Below are positions 51,901 to 63,075 of a stretch of DNA of 64,000 bases, in pieces. This DNA comes from Lingula anatina. Its lineage: Eukaryota; Animalia; Brachiopoda. A program made the translations under genes and the position numbers. Numbering within the stretch: position 1 is the stretch's first letter; every line of letters starts with the position of its first letter. The notes beneath the pieces are model-generated. The model did not search any database and had not been told where the DNA came from. It saw nothing but the letters and a program-made list of their open reading frames with translations. The stretch is from assembly GCA_051362555.1 (NCBI GenBank), contig CM120643.1:18604848-18668847 (forward strand), given 5' to 3'.

Positions 51901-54900
51901 TCCAGATATACTTACCTGTAGTAATACGGCTTGCTTCAATTTTGGTAATCCAGGTGTGTGTGTTTGTAGCAAGATATGTCCAGATGGCACCACCTGACAT
52001 GGAAATAAAGAAGCCCTCTGATTGGCTGTGCTGGGCACCAGAGCAGATGATATACTGGTGTCCTGTCACAGTGGGAATGGCGTTTATCTTGAGGTACATG
52101 TTAAAAGAAAGCCCCGTGTTGCACACACTTGGCTTACTGAGACACGAGCCTGTGAATTTACCGACGGTCTGGTCTATGGTTTCATTGAAAATTTTTCCTG
52201 GAATTTGAATGAAAAATGTAATCACTCAGTGAAAAGATTAATTAAATGGACTTAATCATTATGAGCTACACAAATTGGCAAATCTGTCAAGTACTGTGTA
52301 CAACCAGTTACCTTAAACATACAATAAAAATTTCACAACCACAGTTTTAATTTCTTTTTTTTTTTTTTTTTTCAAAATCCAATACATCACAATGTTACAT
52401 AAATTTTTAAAATAAGAAATTTGTAATTATTTTTTTCACAAATAGAAAAGAAAGTACCTAGAACCATCCAGCCCTCAGTATCTGGTGCAACCCTGATAGC
52501 TCTTCCCATTCGACCGGAACCAGGCACTAAAGCAACTGAGCTCCCATTGGTTATATACAAAGGCTTGGTTTTGGCGCCATCTAGGTCTACTACTAAATTG
52601 CTCCAGACATGAGATGCTGATTTTGTCAGTTTTACAACTCGTTCTAAAATGAAGAATGATTTTCATGTTATATACCTGAAAATGTACCAGCCTTAAATGA
52701 TAAGTAATTAATAGTTATGACTTTTAATTAGCAGATATAGTAGTGTATATGCTTAATTAAAATTATAAATTAGTCTTTACAATTTGATAGATTAATTTTC
52801 AAATGATAAATTTTTCTTACTTCTTTCTGTAAACTTTAGAGTTACATGTAGATCGAGTTACATTGATGTTTAAATAGGATTTTTCATTGATACACCTATC
52901 AGATACTTTGAATTTAGGCACAAACACACACACACACACTCATTCTTTCTCTCTCTCTGCACATGTCTTAAGTCATTTTCCTATTCCAAGTCAATTCTCT
53001 CACTCTTCATAACCTATTTTCTTACCATTCATTCCAAGGAAAGTGTCCCCTTCACATGGATACACATAACGTTCCCAGAGCACCACTCTGCTGGCCAGCG
53101 CCCCCTGGAGGCTGTCTCCACCATCGCCACCAAAGACAAGTATACCCGGCGCCAGAGTACCAGTCTGATGATCTGTGAATCCAGCCTTGGAAAAAATCAA
53201 AGAAAATGATCAAATAAACAAAGCAAGACTTCTGTAGAAGTTTATCTTTTAGATACTTCTGGCAGTACACAAGTTTTCTTAAACTTCATTTTGCTCTTAT
53301 CGAGAAACTATTGAACTATTGCTCTTGTATTTCCAAAAACATAATGAACACGAACATACAACAACTCAAAAGAAAAAAAAACTCACCGTCTCCTCAGATG
53401 CTGTCCCAGCAGCTGCATCACCATCCACAAGTACAGATAATCCAAAATCTGGATGATACCCGAATCCCACATTAAACCACACATCCCTGGGAACACTGTT
53501 CACAGTGAATTTCAAGCCTTCTGATGAGCTAGACTTGCCAACTGAAATGTAAAGAAATGAACAACATATAAGTCTCCCACCACCACCACTTTTCAATCTT
53601 CACTCTATTTTACTTTATTTAGTTCTCAAATTACACAAAGGAATGTAATTTTTCTTTTCAATGTTTATATCATTCTATTTAATAAACATTATTCATTTGC
53701 TCAGTCATTTAATTATTTCTCTCACAGATTCTCTGATCAATGAGATTATGGCAAATTTTCACTTCTGCGATGGTCTCTCTCTCTCTTTCTCTCAATTAGG
53801 CCTAAATGTAGTATTTGAATGGGCTAAAAGTCCTTTTAAAATTAATTCATTTGAATAGCAAGGGTATTTACAAAAGTCATCTTATAACTTGATTCGGACA
53901 AAAACAATGAAAATCAAAGGCTTATAGGAGGATACTGCACAAACACCAAAAAAAGTTTGGAATGCTAAAAGCCTGGAGCCTGTAGAGACTCATTATTGGG
54001 CTTGGGAGTGGGGGATACAATGCGGAACTCGTTTACTCTACCTCTCACAGTTAGCGTTCCGTTTTCCCAGAAAACTCCGTATCCCACGAATCGCCCACTT
54101 CCTGATGCGGCTCGCTGGTCGCACTGGATGATCGTGGACAGACTGTTGGCCGAAGTCGAAACAGTGGATGGAATAAGGAGCCAAGCGGCCATTGCCATTC
54201 CATCTGTACAACTGGCAATATCGCCAGCGCAGCGGCCGGCAAGGTTTTCCAACTAAAAATGGAAAAAGAATGACCTTAAACTCTGAAGCACATTTCTGTT
54301 CTTTTTGATGATAGTCAGTAAAATATTATAAGTGCAATATATTCTGTGCTTGCTCCCCTCCCCCCCTCCTCTTTCTCTCTCTCTCTCAGAATAGTGCGCG
54401 TAATGACATTGTGCGCAGTTAATTGCGCGTGTTAATTACAGTAGATAAATCCTCAAAGTGAACACTGTCTAAAAACCGTGTCTCACTTCATCCAAGAAAC
54501 GTTTAAAAAAAGACTAGCCTGTCAATAATAATGAGCAAGTCTACCACAATATAGAACAATGTAATTGTCATTGTGTAATATAGGTATTTTTTATCTTATT
54601 ATTATCAGCATTATTATTATTAGTATTATTATTCTTAATTATTATTTCCTTCCTTATAGTTTATTTTTTCCCACATTTATAAGAAATACTCCCAGTTGTT
54701 ACTGTAGATTATGTATATAAGGTAATTATGAAACATAATTACATTTGTGTTTGAAAGCCTGATATCACATAAGTGGGATAATAGGTCTAGATATATAATA
54801 CATGTATGTATAACACAAGTAGTTTAGAGGGCCTGCTAAATGTACTGAAACATTTTAGTGCTCAATAAATTATTATTATAAATACAGCCACGTGCTCTCT

Positions 54901-56250
54901 GATACAGTCACACAAAAACTGAAAGTCAAATTAACTTGTAAGAAAAATATTCGTTAACTATATAGATATACCTGAAGATAAGAACTAGTCGCGCCAAGTT
55001 CCAGGACAGATTTTGACGTCGCACCAGAACGCGCCGTGGACACGGTGTTGATAGTGCCTTGGACCGTGAAACCGCTGGTAGACTCCAAGCTGTACGATTT
55101 GGTAGCCACGTCGTAAAATGGTTCATGTTCCACGTCTATAAAAGAGACAATAAATTGGATATAAAATCAGTTTGTACATTTTTTACTAGATTTCATTACT
55201 GAACGTTCACCGTAGCTTTCAACCACTAAATTATTGCGTTTTTGTCCCAAAAATTTGGTATTTTGGACGGCGAACGGTGCCTTTTGGTGCGGTTTAGAAA
55301 TATGATTCAGCTAGTAAAATTCTTATTTCAATTTTTTTTAGAAATCGAAGGGGGGGGGGGGCGGAGGTCAAGACCCCCCTGACCCCCCACCTAAATCTGC
55401 CACTGTTGATATATACAACAAGGCAGCAAAGCTGTCAAATGTACAGACAAAAAACAGAAAATAAAGATGCAAAAAAGGTCATTTTGTCAATTTTGATGCA
55501 ATAATAAATAATGCTTATAATAGCACTGTCAGTCAACACTGAATTTTAATCTTGCACAACAGGTAACATGGTCAATAACAGGAGCGGACCCAGAGATATT
55601 TTCTGACAGTATTACAAAGTATCTATGTTGATCCATCCTCCATTTTGATGGTCTTCCAACAGAAAAAAATAGATACCAGTCAATATAAACTTAATAACCT
55701 GACTGTCTTCAGGAAGACCCAGAAGATGGTCCACCCCTTCAATAAAATTACAGTTTCAGGACCATGAGAGTTCAAATTCACATTATGAAACTCTCAATAT
55801 TTGAAAAATGATGACAGTGCATAAAATAATATTACATAATGTTTAAAGACATAAAAAACAATACAACTGCTTATGTGGAAATACAGAAAATGTGCAGAGC
55901 CCCAGGCAGATGAGAGTTAAAAGTCACAAATGCAAGTGTTTGAGAAAAATTTATAAAGGAAAACATAACAAAGCTAGAAAAGCACTTTGAGAGTGCAGAC
56001 CTCTGCCAAGGCAGCAATTGTTGATTATTATTGATAATTGATTGATTATTGTTCCAGACCACCACCAAAAATTAATCATTGTCCTCTTTGGCCCACTTCC
56101 GACAGTTCTTGAAAATTTCTGCAAAATCAGTCCATAACTTTTTGTGTTATGTGGATGACAGACAAACGGGGGTGAAAATATGACCTCCTTGGCAGAGCTT
56201 GAGGTAAATATAATTCCAATGAAGATGCTATTCAAACTTTTAATCTTCCA

Positions 56251-56307
<57 letters not shown>

Positions 56308-59300
56308 TAAAACTTATTTGCAATATTAAACAAAATTTACCTGCATAATTATCACTGCTTCCTTATTATTAATCTAGCAGAGAGCTTTACCTTTGGGAGT
56401 TTACAGGGAAATATCAACAAGTGTGCTTTATGTAATCTCATTTAATGGCCTATTAAGGCAAATGACTTTATAACTCTGAAATTAATCTAGTGATACCCAA
56501 GGGTAATTTACAGACTGACCCACTCAAAGGTCTTTAGGCCCATAAGTCACACTTTAAGAAAAGCACAAAACCATAATGCCCAAAATAGGAGACTACCAAT
56601 CCTGATGCAATAATACATTATGTTTAACTGCACAGTCAACATCAACTTATGCACAACAGGTAACACAGACGAAATAAAAAGCATAAGGCTTCAGGCCCAT
56701 CGGAGTTCAAGTTTATACTAAGAAAGTGCCAGAATGAGAAAAATGAAAATTTCACAAAAAATGCATAAATTCAATAAAAATGATAATCCAATAGAGCTGG
56801 TTTTCTCATATGAGCTGAAGGCCAATCCTAAAAATCATACTTGTAAGTTAAAAATGATAATAAGTAGCACAGTTTTCTTTTCATAATGTTTGCAGGAGCA
56901 GTGCAAAAAGATTGTTGTCAATTTTGATGTAACATTACATAATAAATTAGAGAATAATTATCACCAATTTTTGTTTATTGAATATAAATAGGATGGACAT
57001 GTAGAAAATATGATTACCATTCGGCTTCATGTTCATGGGAGCTCTGAGTCCCACAATAAATATGCCAAAAAGATAATGAATATTACACTTAAATGTATAG
57101 CTTCCAGAAAAAGAAGCCAATTAGACTGCTTTTCCAACTCAGGCTGCATTTTAGTCCTGTGTTTCTTTTTTGAAAGTTTGACAGTCATAAGTAACACAGT
57201 TTTCCCATAATGGTCATCAAGGCAGCAGCACCCAAAATTGTGTTTTCTTTTATTTTGATGCAACATTACATAATGCTTAACGGCATAATGACCATCGATT
57301 TTTAATAATAAAATATAAGTGTCATGAATTTTCAGAAAATGTGACTAGCATGGGTCTTCAAGCCCGTGGAGGTTCTAAGTCACACCTTGGAAATGCCAAT
57401 ATGTGAAAAATTACATTTTCACAAAAAAATGTTTAATTGCCAGAAAAATTTACCAAACAGACTGCATTGCCTACTGAAGCTGTATTTTAGTCCGTTTCTT
57501 TCCTGTAAGTTTGAGAACAGTAAGTGACATGACTTTCCTTAAATGGTCATCATGGGAGCAGTGCCCAAAATAGGGGTTTCTTCAAATTTTGATGCAATAT
57601 TACATAATGTTTTACAGCATAATGACCATCAATTTTTAATCATAAAATATTAGTATCATGGATATTCAGAAAATGTGACTAGCAAAGATCTGCAGGCTCA
57701 TGGAACTTCAAAGTCACATCTTAAAAATGCCAAACTGTAAAAAAGACAGCACTGTTCTGAAATGGGTTTATTTCCATTTTAACACTTTTTAAACAAAACA
57801 AAATAAACAGTATACTTCCATTTTTATATGACCAACTAAGAAAATTGATGAGATGGGAAAAATATCAATAGAACAGTGTTAAATGTCCAATTTCCTCCAT
57901 TCTGAGATTCTGAACATAGTTGATGATTGAATCTAACAAACTGCAATATGATATGATATGAGTTTATTTCCATTTTTGACACTTTATTACACAATACACG
58001 ATATCAAGTTTACCATCATTTTTACATAATCAACTAACAATGTTGTAAAGATGCAGGAAATATCAAACAAACACTTTTACGTATCTTATTAGTTAAATAA
58101 TGAGACTGTTAACATGCTTAAGAATTGAATCTGAGGAAATGTGAAAAAACAGCATAACTTCTAAAATAATGGCCAGATTATGCTGATTTTCCAACTCAAC
58201 CTGCATTTTAGTAAGATTGACCACTCCTGTAAGTATAATGACAATTGGCCTATCTGTTTTTCTTATATAGTGTTATCAGTGTTGCATATATGTTGAAAAA
58301 AGTGAAAAAATAGCATAACTCCCCTAAAAATGGCTTGATCATGCTGATTTTTGAACTTGATCTGCGGATTATGAATCTTCATCAGTTTTGTAAGTTTGAA
58401 GCCAAAAAGTAAAGCTGTTTTCCACTTATCGTGTTATCGGTGCTGCATATATGCTGAAAAAAGTAAAAAAAAAACAGCATAACTTCCCTACAAGTCACCC
58501 GATCATGCTGATTTTCGAACTTGACCTGCGTATTATAAATATTTATCAGTTCTCTAAGTTTCAAGCCAAAAGCCAAAACGGTTTTCCAGTTATCGTGTTA
58601 TCGGTGCTGTATATATATGCTGAAAAAAGAGAAAAAATAGCCTAAATTCACTAAAAAATGACCCAATCATGCCGATTTTCGAACTTGACCTGCGTATTAT
58701 GAATATTTATCAGTTCTGTAAGTTTCAAGCCAAAAAGTAAAATGGTTTTCCACTTATCATGTTATCGGTGCTGCATTTATGCTGAAAAAAGAGAAAAATA
58801 GCTTAAATTCATTAAAAATGACCCAATCACGCTGATTTTCGAACTTGACCTGTGTATTATGAATATTCATCAGTTCTGTAAGTTTCAAGCCAAAAAGTAA
58901 AACAGTTTTCCACTTATCGTGTTATCGGTGCTTCATTTATGCTGAAAAAAGTGAAAAAACAGCATAAATTCCCTATAAGTGACCCGATCATGCTGATTTT
59001 CGAACTTGACCTGCGTATTATGAATATTCATTAGTTCTGTAAGTTTCAAGCCAAAAGAAAAAACAGTTTTCCACTTATCGTGTTATCGGTAAAAGTGCAC
59101 GGCGACGGCGACGGCGACGGCGACAGCGACGACGGCGACGACAGACGCAGATGACGGCTATATGTACAGACACATCTGTGTCTGTACATAAAAAGCTTTT
59201 GAATCACTTGATATGGGAATTATTTCTTTTTTGTTTACTAGACTTTTTACGTTTTTTAAGGGGTGCAGCGGTCCGAGAGGTGATCGATTAGCACACAAAA

Positions 59301-62300
59301 CAAGCAAGCGCTGCTTTTGGTGTCATAAACATGTCTATATCTTCACACATGTGACTTTTTAGGCATCTGGATACATGTAGTCACTACCGTGAAGGTTCGA
59401 CAGCAACGTCGCAATTTCAAGAACGTTCAATAATGAAATATCGTAAACAAGTAACATGACTACCGATATTGATCTGCCATACAAACACTAACGCATGCAA
59501 GCAAAACCTTGACAATAACACAGTGAAAGAGCCACAAAGAAAAGTTATTAATTATTGATATATTAATTAGATTTAATGCTTACTTTCAGTCCAGTTAAAC
59601 AACTCCAGTCGGCTTGTGTAATCGAAAGGTGCCGTCGTGGGTTGCGCGTTCAGTTCGGTCACTGAAAAAAAGAAAGAAAAAAATCAATTCAGCATTTGTT
59701 CATTTTCATTTTGCATTCAGAATATCATTAGCAAACCGATATTTTATGGGACTCTAGAAGAACTTCTCGAAAGTGCTTTTCGACGTTTCTTTTTGAAGTC
59801 TTCATTCAATAAAATCCGAATTAGTTGGATTTTTTACTTTAGATAGTTAAAACAGAGCCCTAGTTTCAAATGAGATCTTGATCAGCTTCTTTATCAGATA
59901 TTCACATTTTGATAAGCGGTAAGCGGTCATAATTTGAGACTTGGCAGGAAAGTGGCACCACGAGAATTTTTAAAAACAATTTTGGGGGGATAAAAATGAA
60001 ACAATAAAGTGTTAGCTTTTCGTTTTCCCATTCAATCAGATCTCTCCTAATTTGTCTTCATTCTAGATGAATGCCAATGCCACAGGTGGCGTAAGAAAAA
60101 AACTGGATTGTACCTTATTGGAGCCCCGACGTAGCCAGTAATTTCAAAAGGAGGTTTCTTTTTCTGAAAAAGTGGATCTTTTACCATGAAACTTTAGTGT
60201 ACCTAGATCAACTTTTGCCCAGAGCAGACTTTTTCCCCGGTAAACGGGTGGTTCGTTCGACCCCCCCACCCCCACCCCCCCCCCACCCCCCCCCAAAAAA
60301 AAAATTACCCCCCCCCCCTTTGGCCACGGGACCAGAAGCTGAGGCTTTCAACAGCGATCCCCAAGCATATTTATCAGGCTATTGAAGAGAAACAGCTGGC
60401 TGGCGTCGGGTTTGACACTCCATTTTTATATCTTCACCTACCTCCGCATCCACCATGGAAAAATGACAGCTCCGTTTCTCGCAGGTACCACAAGAAGACG
60501 GCGAAGTCGTCGACCTGGACGCCCTTCGCTGTGTACTCGTAGCGTCCTGTTTCCTCTCCCCTGGGCTGGAGATTGTTAAGGTAACAGCCCAATGTGAGAT
60601 GCGTCGCCTCCTCCACTGTGCCTGTGTTGGCCGTTGGACTGCCCACAAAACCTACATTGGTCCCGTTTATGTATGCCTGGACAGGAAGGATAAGTAGATA
60701 TGAATATGGATCTGGGAGGGCACAGCGAGTGTTATTACCCCCGCCAAGGAGGTTTTGTTTTGAGTTCCGATACTTGGTTAGTAAGTAAGTTAGTATGTCT
60801 GTCAGTTCGCAACATAATGCAAAAATGTTAGTGACGAATTTAGGAACTTTGAGGAAAGGTTACAAATTGGCCAAGGGGCAATTGATTTGATTTTGGTGGT
60901 GATCCATACATTATTTAATGGCAAATTATTGCTTCAACATTATCTGTCTTGGTGGAGGTCTGCGCTCTCTCAACGCTTTCCTAGTTATCGTTATTATCAG
61001 TACCACATTTGGGGACATATATAACCATTTTTTTCATTATTTTCTTTCTCTTACTGCGTCCTTAGTACAAGTAGTTGTGCTGGTCAGTGATGGATTATGT
61101 GCTAGATCACTTAAGTGATGCCGTATGAATCTTTAAATCCAGTAATAATAATAATAGATAAATAAATATATGTTATATATATTATCTCAACTTGACTGTC
61201 TTACGTTTTTACCTTCGTTTTTATTATTATTATTATTTTAGAAACAGTCCCTAACTAAATCTTACCGATAGACCGGTAGACTGGCTCCATCGAAGTCCAA
61301 GGTTGGTCCACTTGTCCCAATACAACCATGGAGTTTGGACCTCATAGTAGCCACTCAGAGTGGTCAGTTTAAAGGTCAAGTACCGGACATTTTGACCAAT
61401 GTTGGTGTGAAAAGACAGGTCGATCCCTGTGCGTGTGGAGCTTGAGTCTCGGCCCGGTAGAACTGGAATTTGGGAGAATTTATATATATCACTGAAACAC
61501 TCTCTGTTACTTTGTTGGTTTTTGTTAGATTATAAAATCGTCTTAAAGGTTTTTTCGATTATTTTATCAAAATTATTGCACGTAAAAACAGTCGTAAACA
61601 AAATCATTTAGGCGAAAAAATATATAGTGTTTAAATACGGCAACCAAATATGACAAAATGAGCACACACTGATATCTAAGATTCATTTCCTATGAAATAG
61701 AAATTTGATCGGGATAAAACACAGTGAAGGAAACTCTCAGCATATTTTTTATTTACCTGAGGCAATTAACATGTGTTTGTTGAAGGTCTGCGAATGTGCC
61801 TGCGGCGTTTTCACCCACAGCGACAGCGAGACTCCGTGAGCACAAGTGTCCGGCTGAACCACGCAGAGGGCCTCGGACTTGGGAGTCAAATCTCCCATTT
61901 GAAGACAGTCCCTGTTATTGGGGCCGATACTGGCGTATCCGGATACGCCGGCAGTGAGAGTGCAGACGCCACCGGCTTGTTTCATTTCGACGGGGACATT
62001 GCTGACGTCAAAACAGGCAAGCAATCCGCCGTTGCGAGCCTCGTTCGGAAAACCCATGCTGTTTTGATCAAAACGCCAGAACATGTTGGTGTTGGTTTCG
62101 TAAGTCGCATCTAAAATGATTTTTAAGAAGGAGGAGTGCAACCTTTTTCATTTTGACTTTCTGAGCACAATACCATTTTAGCTAAAATAAGTATCGTCGT
62201 AACTAACAATAACCTCTCATAATGAAAATTGTTTCTATTATTATAATAAATCAAAATTGAAAAAGAAATTCTAAATAGTAAGCAAAACTTAAAGTTACAG

Positions 62301-63075
62301 CGCACTTTCTATTAAACGTATTCATAGGCCTACTCATCAGCACAGCGATCTTATTAAATATTTTAAGTTAAATAATCTAAGATGGATTTTTCTTCTACTA
62401 TGTAATCCGTTTCTAAAAAAATAAATCACCAAGAGAGACCATCGACGTACATGTCAACCAAAGATTGAACCATGATCTTTATAAGTATCATTATTCTTTT
62501 ACAACACCCGCCTGCATGAAATGTTCATTATTTTATGTACATTATTAAATATATTTCATATAGCATTAATTATTATTATTATTATTATAATTATAAACAC
62601 TCACCGACAGCTGTGAAGGGAAGGGGAGCCGTCGCCAAAGTCGGAGCAGGCGTTGTTGGAATAGCTGTAACATCAAGAAAAATGAATTATCAGCAACGTA
62701 TTGCTACCAAATTTATCATAACATGAAAAGTAGGAAATTTTTGTCAGTGATAAGTAAGTTTTCTTTGATTTATATAAAATAAAAATAAATGACCTTACCT
62801 TCGTGCCAATGGCGTACTACCTGTATTTGGTGTTCCTCTTCTTTTTCATCAAGGATCTGGATACTTAAGTAGGGTATAGAGAACAGAACAGAAGAGAAAA
62901 TACGAAAACAAAAATACATGCACAGCGACCTTCCCACAGCATTCGTCAACATATACGCATACACATTCGTCAGCATATACACATAAAACACGCCTCTCCA
63001 CATCACATTCGTTCGCATTCCGAGCAATTTCTCACTGATAAAAAACACAACAATGTTGGATTCGGAATTCAACAT
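34461..63075 (-). CDS. Adhesion GPCR, ADGRD (GPR133)-like, with six tandem pentraxin/LamG-like domains, stalk, GAIN/GPS and 7TM; about 2,250 aa, 42 coding exons
   Basis: Exons: 62799-63075 (start may be M at 63018 or 63003), 62605-62664, 61757-62110, 61266-61462, 60442-60676, 59584-59661, 54972-55135, 54042-54252, 53387-53541, 53026-53185, 52458-52643, 51916-52197, 50598-50855, 50080-50283, 49649-49790, 49191-49302, 48400-48667, 47938-48231, 47388-47578, 46739-46883, 46070-46213, 45645-45756, 44959-45197, 44249-44461, 43475-43570, 42664-42728, 41760-41984, 41271-41339, 40816-40933, 40374-40514, 39960-40032, 39442-39612, 38913-39039, 38303-38406, 37915-38017, 37516-37666, 36916-37049, 36267-36349, 35835-35964, 35268-35444, 34961-35075, 34461-34471. 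All GT-AG and phase-consistent (6774 nt). GPS: CNYW..WASDGC..THTVCHCYHF/TTFAVLL. TM3 HYFYLTSFAWLVME, ECL2 RCWLS, TM6 LGLTWLFG, TM7 FNGFQGFFFF; ends APAYVP*. Confidence 0.92.
40654..40796. repeat. Inverted-triplication-like cluster (direct, inverted, direct)
   Basis: TCTTGACATGACATGACAAAAAATGACAAGATCATGA occurs twice, flanking an inverted copy TTTCGTTTCATTTCATGATCTTGTCATTTTTTGTCAT. Confidence 0.8.
42116..42328. mobile_element. Degenerate Harbinger-like MITE
   Basis: TTA|GACCCCATTCCCAGAGATTAGATTGATC ... GATCGATCTAAAATCTATGGGAATGCGCCC|TTA. Confidence 0.6.
42865..42939. repeat. (ATT)n microsatellite
   Basis: About 24 ATT units with one interruption. Confidence 0.95.
43011..43080 (-). pseudogene. 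Degenerate duplicate of the Thr/Pro stalk exon 43475-43570 (pseudo-exon)
   Basis: CAGGTAACCAC..CCCACCCCCTTT..CCCTTCTACAACTGCT mirrors the functional exon but is frameshifted and has lost the GTAAGT donor. Confidence 0.65.
43142..43235. mobile_element. Small hairpin element (35-bp arms) between 9-bp direct repeats
   Basis: AACCAAGACATAGGCCTTCATCAGACCGATGTGAG / CTCACATCAGTCTGATGTAGGCCTACGTCCAGGTT; CCATAAGCT at 43126-43134 and 43238-43246. Confidence 0.65.
55972..56211 (-). mobile_element. Short HINE-like element nested in the large HINE
   Basis: CTAG..AGCACTTTGAGAGTGC hairpin, ACCTCTGCCAAGG subTIR, ACAGACAAAC microsatellite, CCTCCTTGGCAGAG at the other end. Same family as 60732-60986. Confidence 0.75.
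56254..56302. repeat. (TA)n microsatellite
   Basis: About 24 TA units. Confidence 0.95.
58140..59090. repeat. About 161-bp tandem repeat, about 6 copies
   Basis: ATGCTGATTTT or a close variant at 58180, 58341, 58505, 58669, 58829 and 58990 (periods 160-164). Confidence 0.92.
60125..60333. mobile_element. Degenerate MITE-like element with C-rich 3' part
   Basis: Ends CCCCGACGTAGCCA ... TGGCCACGGGACC are imperfect inverted repeats, with C-runs near the right end. Confidence 0.4.
60732..60986 (+). mobile_element. Short HINE-like element
   Basis: TTATTACCCCCGCCAAGGAGGTT start, GTAA/GTTA microsatellite, CTTGGTGGAGGT subTIR, GCGCT..AACGC hairpin remnant, CTAGTT end. Confidence 0.75.

Larger units (their letters stand above)
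55417..59194 (-). mobile_element. Large (3.8 kb) Helentron-associated element with satellite-like arrays
   Basis: One end has hairpin TATGTACAGACAC-ATCT-GTGTCTGTACATA (59161-59190) next to (GGCGAC)n. The other end has subTIR ATGTACAGACA (55439-55449) and hairpin GGCAGC-AAA-GCTGTC. Internal tandem arrays. Confidence 0.8.

Noticed and set aside
58140-59090. CRISPR-like array
   Set aside because: The units are fully repeated with no unique spacers, the context is eukaryotic, and the array lies inside a HINE.
678-63075. Most short ORFs in the supplied track, including plus-strand ORFs overlapping KCC and GPCR exons
   Set aside because: They are antisense or off-frame shadows of real exons, or low-complexity intronic ORFs with no recognisable protein features.
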